Shown here: piece after piece, positions 31,568 through 40,662 of the stretch | How positions within the stretch are numbered: position 1 is the stretch's first letter | How the letters are laid out: the number at the start of each line of letters is the position of its first letter | Source of the DNA: Steroidobacteraceae bacterium | Lineage (GTDB): Bacteria > Pseudomonadota > Gammaproteobacteria > Steroidobacterales > Steroidobacteraceae | Assembly (NCBI GenBank): GCA_036555345.1 | Contig: DATBLN010000181.1 | Span: forward strand, 5,112 to 69,111 | DNA length: 64,000 nucleotides | Direction of reading: 5' to 3' | Notes under the pieces: generated by a model | What the model saw: only the letters and a program-made list of their open reading frames with translations | What the model was told of the DNA's origin: nothing | Database searches by the model: none | Program-made: the position numbers and the translations under genes

Positions 31568-32205
31568 TGACTGACCGGATCAAGGAACAGCTGTCGGCCT
31601 TCCTGGACGGCGAACTGCCGGAGCCGGAATCGGCGCTGCTGCTGAAGCGCCTCGAACGCGATGACGAGCTGCGGGGGGCGCTGTCGCGCTACTCGCTGAT
31701 CGGCGCGGTGCTGCGCAGCGACGGCGACGTTCCCGCGGCGCGCCAGGTGGCGGCGCGCGTCAGCGCCGCCATCGCGCGCGAGCCGGCGCAGGGCACGCTC
31801 GCCTTGCGGTGGCGCGACCGGCGCTCGCTGGCGCGCTCTGCGGCAGGGCTCGGGGTCGCCGCCTCGGTGGCGGCGGCCGTGGTCATGCTGGCTCCGCCGT
31901 TCGGTGCGCAGGTCGCGTCGCAGCCCGCCACCGTCGTCGCGCAGCAGGCGGAGGCGCCGGTGCTGCCGGTTGCGGCCATCGACGGTTCCGCGGAGGATGC
32001 GGGGCCGACCTACACGACGCCGCCTGCCACGGACGTGGCGCCGGGGCTTGCCCCGGCCGAACTCGCCAATTACCTCGTCGCGCACTATGGCTACGCCTCG
32101 CCGCTGGTGCGCCGCAGCGTCGTCGCGGGGCTCATCGCCGAACCGGCAGAGCCCGGCGGCTCGCCTGGGGCGGTTCCGGAAGCCGAAGGACCGGCCGGAC
32201 AGTGA
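31564..32205 (+). CDS. rseA: anti-sigma-E factor RseA/MucA
   Basis: The RseA_N pattern is present (EQLSAFLDGELPEPE...LSRYSLIGAVLR), along with a central TM segment. The start is GTG 31564 or ATG 31567, overlapping the rpoE stop. Confidence 0.8.
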   Translation: MMTDRIKEQLSAFLDGELPEPESALLLKRLERDDELRGALSRYSLIGAVLRSDGDVPAARQVAARVSAAIAREPAQGTLALRWRDRRSLARSAAGLGVAASVAAAVVMLAPPFGAQVASQPATVVAQQAEAPVLPVAAIDGSAEDAGPTYTTPPATDVAPGLAPAELANYLVAHYGYASPLVRRSVVAGLIAEPAEPGGSPGAVPEAEGPAGQ

Positions 32206-33170
32206 TGCGCCGCACCGTCGTCACCGCGGTACTCGGACTGCTGGCGCTGCCGGCGGCGGCCAATGACGGCCAGGCCTGGCTCACGCGCATGGCGGATGCG
32301 CTCGCTGGCACGAGCTACTCGGGGGAATTCGTCTGCGAGTCGGCAGGCCGCTCCGAGAGGCTCAGCATCACGCACCGCGTGCGGGACGGCGCGGTCTCGG
32401 AACGGCTGGTCTCGCTGTCGGGCGGCGGCCGCGAACTGGTCCGCGAGAACGACGAAGTCGTCGTCTACCTTCCGGACCAGAAACTCGCCATCATCGAGCG
32501 CCGGCCGGCGCGCAGCGACCTGATGGGGGCGCTGCCGACCTTCAACGCGGGCGCTTCCCCCTGGTACGAGGTCGGCTTCGCCGGCCGCGAGGCCGGGCTG
32601 CTCGGCCCCGCCGCCGTGGTCGTCGTGCGCCCGCGCGACGGCTACCGGTTCGGTTACCGGCTGTGGATCGACGAGGCCTCGCACATGCCGGTGCGCAGCG
32701 AGCTCTCGGACGCCGCGGGCCGCGTGATCGAGCGGTTGCGGTTCACCCGGCTCGACCTGAAGGGCGACATTCCGGATTCCGCGTTCGAGCCGGCCGTCGA
32801 CCGTGCCCGCCTGCGCTGGGTGCGCCAGGCGCCGCAGGCCGGCGACGAGGCGCCCGGCTGGCGCGCCGCGCAGGTGCCGCCCGGGTTCAGGCTCTCGATG
32901 AGCGGGCTGCAGGCCATGGCGGGCGCGAGCGCGCCCGTGCGCCACCTCGTGTATTCGGACGGGCTCGCGTCGGTATCGGTCTTCATCCAGGCGCCTGCGC
33001 CCGGCAAGGCTCCGGTGGTCGGCAGCGGCCGCGCCGGAGTCGCCTCCGCCTACACGACGGTCGTGCAGGGCCACCAGGTGACGGTGGTCGGCGAGGTGCC
33101 GCCGGACACGCTGCGGTTCATCGCGACCGGCCTGCGCCCGGCAGACGCGCCCGCGGAGCCCCGCAACTGA
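32205..33170 (+). CDS. rseB: sigma-E regulatory protein RseB/MucB
   Basis: 321 aa from ATG 32205, which overlaps the rseA stop by 1 nt (TGATG). It has a signal peptide and a MucB/RseB-like N-domain (WLTRMADALAGTSYSGEF). Confidence 0.85.
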   Translation: MRRTVVTAVLGLLALPAAANDGQAWLTRMADALAGTSYSGEFVCESAGRSERLSITHRVRDGAVSERLVSLSGGGRELVRENDEVVVYLPDQKLAIIERRPARSDLMGALPTFNAGASPWYEVGFAGREAGLLGPAAVVVVRPRDGYRFGYRLWIDEASHMPVRSELSDAAGRVIERLRFTRLDLKGDIPDSAFEPAVDRARLRWVRQAPQAGDEAPGWRAAQVPPGFRLSMSGLQAMAGASAPVRHLVYSDGLASVSVFIQAPAPGKAPVVGSGRAGVASAYTTVVQGHQVTVVGEVPPDTLRFIATGLRPADAPAEPRN

Positions 33171-33415
33171 CGTCCGCCCCGGTCGGCGCGCGCTTTCGCG
33201 TCTATACGCGCGCGGACTGCGCGCTCTGCGACAAGTTCATCGCCGAGCTGTCCTCCGCGCTCGCCACCTCGGGCGAGGCGCCGGAAATCCTGGACGTGGA
33301 CGCCGACCCCGTGACGCGGCGGCGCTTCGGGCTCAAGGTCCCGGTGCTCACCTGCGACGGCAGCGTGGTGTGCCACGGGCACCTCGACCGGGCCGCGGTC
33401 GCGCGGCTGCTATAA
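33167..33415 (+). CDS. glutaredoxin-like (thioredoxin-fold, DUF836-like) small protein; start codon unresolved
   Basis: The motifs are [15 protein letters not shown] (CxxC) and GLKVPVL...DG, typical of glutaredoxin-2/DUF836 proteins. There is no in-frame ATG, GTG or TTG between 32663 and the CxxC. The only nearby candidate is CTG 33167, which forms a CTGA overlap with the rseB stop. Confidence 0.55.
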   Translation: MTSAPVGARFRVYTRADCALCDKFIAELSSALATSGEAPEILDVDADPVTRRRFGLKVPVLTCDGSVVCHGHLDRAAVARLL

Positions 33416-33467
33416 TCCGCGCGTTCCCGGACACGCCTGTCCGGCAGGCGCGTGTCCCGCCCCCTCG

Positions 33468-35255
33468 ATGCAGCAGATCCGCAACTTCTCCATCATCGCG
33501 CACGTCGATCACGGCAAGTCCACGCTCGCGGACCGGCTGATCCAGGTGTGCGGGGGACTCGAGGCGCGCGAGATGCAGGAACAGGTGCTCGACTCGATGG
33601 ACCTCGAGCGCGAGCGCGGCATCACGATCAAGGCGCAGTCGGTGACGCTGCGCTACCGCGCCCGCGACGGCAGCGACTACCAGCTCAACTTCATCGACAC
33701 GCCCGGGCACGTCGACTTCTCCTACGAGGTGTCGCGTTCGCTCGCCGCCTGCGAGGGCGCACTGCTGGTCGTGGACGCCGCCCAGGGGGTCGAGGCGCAG
33801 AGCGTGGCGAATTGCTACACCGCGCTCGAGCAGGGGCTCGAAGTGGTCCCCGTCATCAACAAGATCGACCTGCCTTCGGCGGACCCCGAGCGGGTGATCG
33901 CGGAGATCGAGGACATCATCGGCATCGAGGCCAGGGACGCGGTGCGGGTCAGCGCCAAGACCGGCGAGGGCGTGCCGGAGCTGCTCGAGACCATCATCCG
34001 GCGCATCCCGCCGCCGGCGGGCGACCCGCAGTCGCCACTGCAGGCGCTGATCGTGGACTCGTGGTTCGACAACTACGTCGGCGTGGTGTCGCTCGTGCGG
34101 GTGGTGAACGGGACGCTCAGGCGCAACGACCGCATCCGCATCTGGTCGACCGGACGCAGCTGGCAGGTGGACCAGGTGGGACGATTCACGCCCAAGCGCG
34201 TGGCGGCGGAGGCGCTCGGCACGGGCGAGGTCGGCTGGATGGTGGCCGGCATCAAGGAGATCCACGGCGCACCGGTCGGCGACACGATCACTCACGAGGC
34301 CCGGCCCGCGGAGACGCCGCTGCCGGGCTTCAAGACCGTGCAGCCGCGCGTCTTCGCCGGTCTGTTCCCGGTCCAGACCGACCAGTACGAGTCGTTCCGC
34401 GACGCGCTCGAGAAGCTCAAGCTCAACGACTCGGCGCTGCATTACGAGCCGGAGGTCTCCGCGGCGCTCGGCTTCGGCTTCCGTTGCGGGTTCCTGGGGC
34501 TCCTGCACATGGACATCGTGCAGGAGCGCCTTGAGCGCGAGTACGGCCTTGACCTCGTGACCAGCGCGCCGACGGTCGTCTACGAGGTGGTCGCGGCGGA
34601 CGGGACGGTCGCGCACGTGGACAACCCGGCGCGCCTGCCGCAGGGCTACCTGGAGCTGCGCGAGCCGGTCATCGTCGCGAACATCCTGGTGCCGCCCGAG
34701 CACGTGGGCGGCGTGCTGAAGCTGTGCCAGGAGAAGCGCGGGGTGCAGAGGAAGATGCAGCAGCTCGGCACCCAGATGTCGCTGCAATACGAGCTGCCGC
34801 TCGCCGAGGTGGTGCTCGACTTCTTCGACCGGCTGAAGTCCGTGAGCCGCGGCTATGCCTCGTTCGACTACGAGTTCAGCCATTTCCAGGCGGCGCCGCT
34901 CGCGAAGCTCGACGTGCTCATCAACGGCGACCGCGTCGACGCGCTCTCCATGATCGTGCACCGGGACAGCGCCTACCAGCGCGGGCGGGAGCTGGTGGAC
35001 AAGATGCAGGAACTGATCCCGCGCCAGATGTTCGAGGTCGCCATCCAGGCGGCCATCGGCAGCCAGGTCATCGCCCGCGCCACGGTGAAGGCGCTGCGCA
35101 AGAACGTGCTCGCGAAGTGCTACGGTGGCGACGTGACGCGCAAGCGCAAGCTGCTGGAGAAGCAGAAGGAGGGCAAGAAGCGCATGAAGCAGCTGGGGAC
35201 CGTCGAGATCCCGCAGGAGGCATTCCTCGCGGTGCTGAAAGTCGGCAGGAAATGA
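33468..35255 (+). CDS. lepA: translation elongation factor 4
   Basis: 595 aa. The N-terminus is [21 protein letters not shown], with GTPase motifs and the LepA C-terminal domain. Confidence 0.96.
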   Translation: MQQIRNFSIIAHVDHGKSTLADRLIQVCGGLEAREMQEQVLDSMDLERERGITIKAQSVTLRYRARDGSDYQLNFIDTPGHVDFSYEVSRSLAACEGALLVVDAAQGVEAQSVANCYTALEQGLEVVPVINKIDLPSADPERVIAEIEDIIGIEARDAVRVSAKTGEGVPELLETIIRRIPPPAGDPQSPLQALIVDSWFDNYVGVVSLVRVVNGTLRRNDRIRIWSTGRSWQVDQVGRFTPKRVAAEALGTGEVGWMVAGIKEIHGAPVGDTITHEARPAETPLPGFKTVQPRVFAGLFPVQTDQYESFRDALEKLKLNDSALHYEPEVSAALGFGFRCGFLGLLHMDIVQERLEREYGLDLVTSAPTVVYEVVAADGTVAHVDNPARLPQGYLELREPVIVANILVPPEHVGGVLKLCQEKRGVQRKMQQLGTQMSLQYELPLAEVVLDFFDRLKSVSRGYASFDYEFSHFQAAPLAKLDVLINGDRVDALSMIVHRDSAYQRGRELVDKMQELIPRQMFEVAIQAAIGSQVIARATVKALRKNVLAKCYGGDVTRKRKLLEKQKEGKKRMKQLGTVEIPQEAFLAVLKVGRK

Positions 35256-35272
35256 CCGGCAGGAGTCGCTAG

Positions 35273-36055
35273 ATGGTGTTCGATTTCGCATTCGTGCTGG
35301 TCGTGCTCGCGCTCGCCACGGGCCTCGTCTGGGGCGCCGACCGCTGGCTGCTCGAGCCGAAGCGCAGGGCGCGTGGCATCGCGAAGGAGCCGCTGATCGT
35401 GGACTACGCGCGGTCCTTCTTCCCGGTCATCGTGATCGTGCTGGCGCTGCGCTCGTTCCTGTACGAGCCCTTCCGCATCCCCTCGGACTCGATGATGCCG
35501 ACGCTGATCCAGGGCGACTTCATCTTCGTCAACAAGTGGCGCTACGGGCTGCGCCTGCCGGTGCTCAACTCCCGCGTGGTGGAGATCGGCGAGCCGGCGC
35601 GCGGCGACGTGGTCGTATTCCGCAAGCCCTCGGAACCGTCGGTCGTCTTCATCAAGCGCCTGGTGGGGCTGCCGGGCGACCGCGTGCGCGTCGCCGGCTC
35701 CCAGGTCTGGATCAACGGAATCCCGTCGCAGATCGCGCCGGGCGAGTTGTATTCCGGCCCCAAGAACGAGCAGTATCCGTTCACGCAGGTGGGCGAGGAG
35801 CAGCTCGACGGCGTGCGCCACGGCATCCTGCTGGACCCGGCACGGCCCAGCATGGAAGGCGAGTGGCGGGTGCCGGAGGGGCATTACTTCATGATGGGAG
35901 ACAACCGCAACAACAGCCGTGACAGCCGCTTTCCGGACGTGGGCTTCGTGCCCGCGGATCACGTGATCGGCAAGGCGGAGGCGATCTGGCTGTCGTTCAA
36001 CCCGGGGCCGGGCCCGTTCCTGCTCTGGGACCGCATGGGCACCGGAATCCGCTAG
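35273..36055 (+). CDS. lepB: signal peptidase I
   Basis: The catalytic Ser box is IPSDSMMPTL, the Lys box is VFIKRLVGLPGD, and GDNRNNSRDSR is also present. Confidence 0.93.
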   Translation: MVFDFAFVLVVLALATGLVWGADRWLLEPKRRARGIAKEPLIVDYARSFFPVIVIVLALRSFLYEPFRIPSDSMMPTLIQGDFIFVNKWRYGLRLPVLNSRVVEIGEPARGDVVVFRKPSEPSVVFIKRLVGLPGDRVRVAGSQVWINGIPSQIAPGELYSGPKNEQYPFTQVGEEQLDGVRHGILLDPARPSMEGEWRVPEGHYFMMGDNRNNSRDSRFPDVGFVPADHVIGKAEAIWLSFNPGPGPFLLWDRMGTGIR

Positions 36056-36067
36056 GAGAACGAACGT

Positions 36068-36439
36068 ATGCAGCACAGGCAGCGTGGCATGACCTTCCTC
36101 GGCATCGTCGTGCTGGTCGTCGTGATCGGCGCGTGGGTCTACTCCGCCATCCGGCTGACGCCGAAGTACCTCGAGTACGTCAAGATCGCCGCGACGCTCG
36201 AGAAGGTCCGCGACGAGTACGACAGCAATCCAGGCACCACCGACTTCATGCTGCGCAAGGCGGTGGAACGCCATTTCGACATCGAGATGGTCGACGTCAT
36301 CACCTCGAACGACATCGAGATCCGCAAGGAAGGCGGCACCTACTTCATGCGCGCCGCGTATGACGCGACCGTCCCGCTGGTGGCCAACGTGTCGTTCCTG
36401 GTCACCTTCGACAAGACCGTCGAGGTCAACGCGCGCTGA
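36068..36439 (+). CDS. DUF4845-family membrane-anchored protein
   Basis: 123 aa with an N-terminal TM segment (MTFLGIVVLVVVIGAWVY). It occupies the conserved slot between lepB and rnc seen in several gamma- and betaproteobacteria. Confidence 0.75.
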   Translation: MQHRQRGMTFLGIVVLVVVIGAWVYSAIRLTPKYLEYVKIAATLEKVRDEYDSNPGTTDFMLRKAVERHFDIEMVDVITSNDIEIRKEGGTYFMRAAYDATVPLVANVSFLVTFDKTVEVNAR

Positions 36440-36455
36440 GGGCGCGCGGGCCCGC

Positions 36456-37142
36456 GTGGATCCGGCCGGTCGCTGGCTCCAGGAGCGCCTCGGCTGCGCG
36501 CTGTCGGATCCCGCGCTCCTGCTGCGGGCGCTGACGCATCGCAGCTTCGGCCCCGACAACAACGAGCGCCTCGAGTACCTGGGCGACGCGGTCCTTTCGT
36601 TCGTCGTGGCGGAGCTGCTGTACCGGCGCTTTCCGCAGGCAAGCGAGGGCGAGCTGTCGCGCTACCGGGCGACGCTCGTGAGCGGCGACTCGCTCGCCGC
36701 GTCCGCGACCGAGCTCGGCCTCGGCGCCCAGCTGCGCCTCGGTGAAGGCGAGCTGAAGTCGGGCGGCCAGCACCGGGCGACGATCCTCGCCGACGCGCTG
36801 GAGGCGATCATCGGCGCGATCTACGTCGACCAGGGCCTCCCCGCCGCGCGCGCGGCGGTCGAACGCCTGATGCGCGCCCCGATGGAGGCGCTCCCGGAGG
36901 CGGGCCAGCTGAAGGACCCCAAGACGCGGCTGCAGGAATGGCTGCAGGGTCGCGGTCACGCGCTGCCGGCGTACACCGTCCTCGAGGTCTGCGGCGAGCC
37001 GCACGAGCAGCGCTTCCGCGTCCGCTGCGACGTCGGCGAGCTGGCGGTCTCGGCGGAGGCGGAGGGCAGCAGCAGACGCCGCGCGGAGCAGGAGGCCGCG
37101 CAGCGGGTCCTCGACGACCCGGCGCTCGGGGAGGGAACGTGA
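36456..37142 (+). CDS. rnc: ribonuclease III
   Basis: GTG 36456. The signature NERLEYLGDAVL is present, followed by a dsRBD at the C-terminus. Confidence 0.93.
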   Translation: MDPAGRWLQERLGCALSDPALLLRALTHRSFGPDNNERLEYLGDAVLSFVVAELLYRRFPQASEGELSRYRATLVSGDSLAASATELGLGAQLRLGEGELKSGGQHRATILADALEAIIGAIYVDQGLPAARAAVERLMRAPMEALPEAGQLKDPKTRLQEWLQGRGHALPAYTVLEVCGEPHEQRFRVRCDVGELAVSAEAEGSSRRRAEQEAAQRVLDDPALGEGT

Positions 37143-38041
37143 CCGGCGACGCGTTCCGCTGCGGCGTCGCCGTGCTCGCCGGCCGGCCGAATGTCGGCAA
37201 GTCGACGCTGTTCAACGCCCTCGTCGGACAGAAGATCAGCATCGTCACGCCCAAGGCCCAGACCACGCGCCACCGCATCCAGGGGATCCTGACGCGACCG
37301 GGCTACCAGCTGATCCTGCAGGACACGCCGGGCGCGGGCCCGGGTCCGGCCACCCGCCTTGCCGAGGCCATGAGCCGGGAGGCGGCGGCGGCCCAGGCCG
37401 TCGCCGATGCCGCCGTCCTCGTCATTGCCGCGCCGCGCTTCACCGCCGCGGACGCCGCGGCGCTCGCGCGGCTCGCCGCCTCCGGCCTGCCGATCGTCCT
37501 CGCGGTGAACAAGATCGACCGCGTGCGGCCACGCGAGCGGCTGCTGCCGCTGCTCGAGGAACTCGCGCGCCGGCACGACTTCGCGGCGATCGTGCCGGTG
37601 TGCGCCACGAGCGGCGAGAATCTCGCGCGCCTCACGGAGGCCGTGGTCGCGCTCCTGCCCGAGGCGCCCGCGGCGTATCCCGAGGACCAGGTCACGGATC
37701 GCAGCGAGCGGTTCGCCGCGGCCGAGATCCTGCGCGAGCAGCTGATGCTCGCGCTGTCGGAGGAGCTGCCGTACGGGATCGCGGTCGAGATCGAGCGCTT
37801 CGAGGAGACCGCGGACGGCCGCACCGAGATCGACGCCGTGATCTGGGTCGAGCGCGAAGGTCAGCGCAAGATCGTGATCGGCGCCGGCGGCGCGCGCCTC
37901 AAGGCGATCGGCCGCGCCGCGCGGCTCGCGATGAACGAGCGGCTCGCGCGCCGCGTGCACCTCTCGACCTGGGTGCGCGTGCGCAAGGGCTGGAGCGAGG
38001 ATCCGCAGATGTTGCGCCGGCTGGGCCACGAGTCGTCATGA
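37139..38041 (+). CDS. era: GTPase Era
   Basis: GTG 37139 forms a GTGA overlap with the rnc stop. The G1 motif is GRPNVGKSTLFN, and a KH domain is present at the C-terminus. Confidence 0.93.
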   Translation: MTGDAFRCGVAVLAGRPNVGKSTLFNALVGQKISIVTPKAQTTRHRIQGILTRPGYQLILQDTPGAGPGPATRLAEAMSREAAAAQAVADAAVLVIAAPRFTAADAAALARLAASGLPIVLAVNKIDRVRPRERLLPLLEELARRHDFAAIVPVCATSGENLARLTEAVVALLPEAPAAYPEDQVTDRSERFAAAEILREQLMLALSEELPYGIAVEIERFEETADGRTEIDAVIWVEREGQRKIVIGAGGARLKAIGRAARLAMNERLARRVHLSTWVRVRKGWSEDPQMLRRLGHESS

Positions 38042-38766
38042 GCGCGCCGCGGCGCGTTCAGCTGGAGCCTGCCTGGCTGCTGCATCACCGTCCCTGGAGC
38101 GACAGCAGCCGGATCGTGGAGCTGACCACCCGCCATCACGGGCGCGTGACGTTGTTCGCGCATGGGGCGCGCCGGCCGAAGTCCCCGTGGCGCAGCCTGC
38201 TGCGCCCGTTCCTGCCGTTGTCGGTGTCCTGGACCGGGCGCGCCGACGGCGGCACGCTGACGGCCGCGGAAGCATCCGGGGCCGCGCCGCGGTTGCCCGC
38301 GGACCGCCTGCTGTCGGGCTTCTATCTCAATGAGTTGCTGCTGAAGCTGCTGCCGCGGGAGGACCGCCACGAGAGACTCCACGATGCCTACGGAGAGGCG
38401 CTCGCGGGTCTCGCGGAGTCGGCCGGGCACCAGCCGCTGCGGGCCTTCGAGCGCGTGCTGCTGGAGGAACTCGGCTACGGTCTCGAGCTCGGGGCGGACG
38501 CCGCGGGCGGCGGGCCGCTGGACCCCGACCGGTACTATCATTTCGAGCCTGGACGCGGGCTGCTCGCGGTCCGCGAGGGGGAGCCGCAGGACGCATTCCG
38601 CGGCGGCGACCTGCTCGCGGTCGCGCGCGGCGAACTCGGGGAGCCGCAGGCGCTGGCCGCGGCGCGGCGCATCTATGGCGCCGCGATCGCGCATTGCCTG
38701 GAAGGGCGCGGGCTCGCCAGCCGCGAGGTCATGCTGGCGTTGCGCCGGCGGGAGCATGGGCCATGA
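38038..38766 (+). CDS. recO: DNA repair protein RecO
   Basis: ATGA overlap with the era stop. It is 242 aa with a RecO-like N-terminus ([28 protein letters not shown]). Confidence 0.88.
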   Translation: MSAPRRVQLEPAWLLHHRPWSDSSRIVELTTRHHGRVTLFAHGARRPKSPWRSLLRPFLPLSVSWTGRADGGTLTAAEASGAAPRLPADRLLSGFYLNELLLKLLPREDRHERLHDAYGEALAGLAESAGHQPLRAFERVLLEELGYGLELGADAAGGGPLDPDRYYHFEPGRGLLAVREGEPQDAFRGGDLLAVARGELGEPQALAAARRIYGAAIAHCLEGRGLASREVMLALRRREHGP

Positions 38767-39500
38767 GCGCGAGGACGATCCTGCTGGGCGTCAACATCGA
38801 CCACGTCGCGACGCTGCGCCAGGCGCGCGGGGGGCGCTCGCCGGACCCCCTGCTCGCGGCGCTTATCGCGGAACAGTCCGGCGCCGACAGCATCACGCTG
38901 CACCTGCGCGAGGATCGCCGCCACATCCAGGACCGCGACGTGCAGGCGCTTCGCGCCGCGCTCCAGACGCGCATGAACCTCGAGATGGCGGCGACCGCGG
39001 AGATGCTCGCGATCGCGTCCCGCGTCCAGCCGCAGGATGTCTGCCTCGTGCCCGAGAAGCGCTCGGAACTCACCACGGAGGGCGGGCTCGACGTCGCCGG
39101 GCAGCCCGCGCAGATCCGCGAGGCCTGCGCGCGCCTGGCGGCGGCCGGCATCCGCGCCTCGCTCTTCATCGACCCGGACGCGGCGCAGGTGGATGCGGCC
39201 GCGCGGTCCGGCGCCGTGGCCGTCGAGCTGCATACGGGCGCCTACGCCGGGGCCGAGGGCCCGGAACGCGCGCGCGAGCTCGCGCGCCTCGCGGAAGCGG
39301 CGCGCCGTGCCTCGGGGGCGGGGCTCGTCGTGCACGCCGGGCACGGGCTCGACTACCACAACGTGCAGCCCGTGGCCGCGCTGCCGGAGCTCGTCGAGCT
39401 CAACATCGGCCACGCGATCGTCGCGCGCGCCGTCACGGACGGCATCGGCGCCGCGGTCGCCGGGATGAAACGCCTGATGCGCGAAGCGCGCGGCGCATGA
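38763..39500 (+). CDS. pdxJ: pyridoxine 5'-phosphate synthase
   Basis: ATGA overlap with the recO stop. [16 protein letters not shown] and HLREDRRHI are typical of PdxJ. Confidence 0.95.
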   Translation: MSARTILLGVNIDHVATLRQARGGRSPDPLLAALIAEQSGADSITLHLREDRRHIQDRDVQALRAALQTRMNLEMAATAEMLAIASRVQPQDVCLVPEKRSELTTEGGLDVAGQPAQIREACARLAAAGIRASLFIDPDAAQVDAAARSGAVAVELHTGAYAGAEGPERARELARLAEAARRASGAGLVVHAGHGLDYHNVQPVAALPELVELNIGHAIVARAVTDGIGAAVAGMKRLMREARGA

Positions 39501-39880
39501 TCCTCGGCGTCGGCACCGACGTGGTGCGCATCGACCGCATCGCCGCCGCCTACGAGCGCTTTGGCCGGCATTTCGTCGAGCGACTGCTGATGCCGGAGGA
39601 ACTGGCGTTGTTCGACGCCGGCCGCCGGCCGGCGCGGTTCCTCGCGATGCGCTTCGCCGCGAAGGAGGCGATCGTGAAGGCGCTCGGCACGGGCTTTGGC
39701 CACGGCGTCTGGATCCGCGACGTCGGCTTCCTCGCCAACTCCTGGGGCAAGCCGGAGGTGCGGTTTTCCGCGCGCGGCCGCGCGGTCGCGGACCGCCTCG
39801 GCGCCGCGGACGGCCACGTGAGCCTGACCGACGAGGCGGGCCTCGTATTCGCGGTGGCGGTGCTGATGAGGAAGTCATGA
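39497..39880 (+). CDS. acpS: holo-[acyl-carrier-protein] synthase
   Basis: ATGA overlap with the pdxJ stop. [15 protein letters not shown] and [14 protein letters not shown] are typical of AcpS. Confidence 0.92.
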   Translation: MILGVGTDVVRIDRIAAAYERFGRHFVERLLMPEELALFDAGRRPARFLAMRFAAKEAIVKALGTGFGHGVWIRDVGFLANSWGKPEVRFSARGRAVADRLGAADGHVSLTDEAGLVFAVAVLMRKS

Positions 39881-40662
39881 CCACGCCCCTGCACTGCCTG
39901 GTGTTCGACATCGAGACCGTGCCCGACGTCGAGCTCGGCCGGCGGCTGCCCGGCATCGCGGACGGCGACGACGCGGCCGTCGCCGAGGCGATGTTCGCGA
40001 AGCGGACCGGGGAGACCGGTTCCGCCTTCCTGCCGTACGAGCAGCATCGCGTGGTCGCCATCTCGGCGCTGCTGCGCAGCGGCGACCAGTTCCGCGTCTG
40101 GAGCGTGGGCGCCGCGGACAGCCCCGAGGACGAGCTGCTGCGCCGCTTCTTCAGCGGCATCGACAAGCTCAAGCCGACGCTCGTCAGTTGGAACGGCTCC
40201 GGCTTCGACCTGCCGGTGCTGCACTACCGGATGCTGCGCCACGGCATCGCCTCACCGGTCTACTGGGACACCGGCGACATCGACCGCGATTTCCGCTGGA
40301 ACAACTACCTCAACCGCTACCACACGCGGCACGTCGACCTCATGGACGTGCTCTCCGCCTACCAGGCGCGCGGCCGCGCGAGCCTCGAGCATGCGGCGCT
40401 CCTGCTCGGGCTGCCGGGCAAGCTCGGCATGGCGGGCGACCGCGTCTGGGAGGCCTGGCGCGACGGGCGCATCGGCGAGATCCGCGACTACTGCGAGACG
40501 GACGTGCTCAACACCTACCTGATCTACCTGCGCTTCGAGCTCGTGCGCGGCCGCCTGCCGGCCGCGGCCCACGACCGGGAGGTGGAGCGCGTGCGCGGCT
40601 GGCTCGACGAGCGCAGCGAGGCGCACTGGCGCCGGTTCCTCGCGGCATGGCAGGCGGCTTGA
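39877..40662 (+). CDS. DEDD-type 3'-5' exonuclease related to the exonuclease domain of family-B polymerases (uncharacterised family)
   Basis: ATGA overlap with the acpS stop; 261 aa. Exo I is VFDIET (D11, E13), Exo II is SWNGSGFDLPVL (D111), and Exo III is YCETDVLNTY (Y205, D209). Confidence 0.75.
   Translation: MTTPLHCLVFDIETVPDVELGRRLPGIADGDDAAVAEAMFAKRTGETGSAFLPYEQHRVVAISALLRSGDQFRVWSVGAADSPEDELLRRFFSGIDKLKPTLVSWNGSGFDLPVLHYRMLRHGIASPVYWDTGDIDRDFRWNNYLNRYHTRHVDLMDVLSAYQARGRASLEHAALLLGLPGKLGMAGDRVWEAWRDGRIGEIRDYCETDVLNTYLIYLRFELVRGRLPAAAHDREVERVRGWLDERSEAHWRRFLAAWQAA

Noticed and set aside
33160-33172. Possibility that the glutaredoxin-like ORF is fused to RseB by programmed -1 frameshifting
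   Set aside because: The sequence around the rseB stop (ccc cgc aac tga) has no X-XXY-YYZ slippery heptamer, and I see no obvious downstream stimulatory structure. Reinitiation on CTG, or a decaying gene, are simpler explanations.
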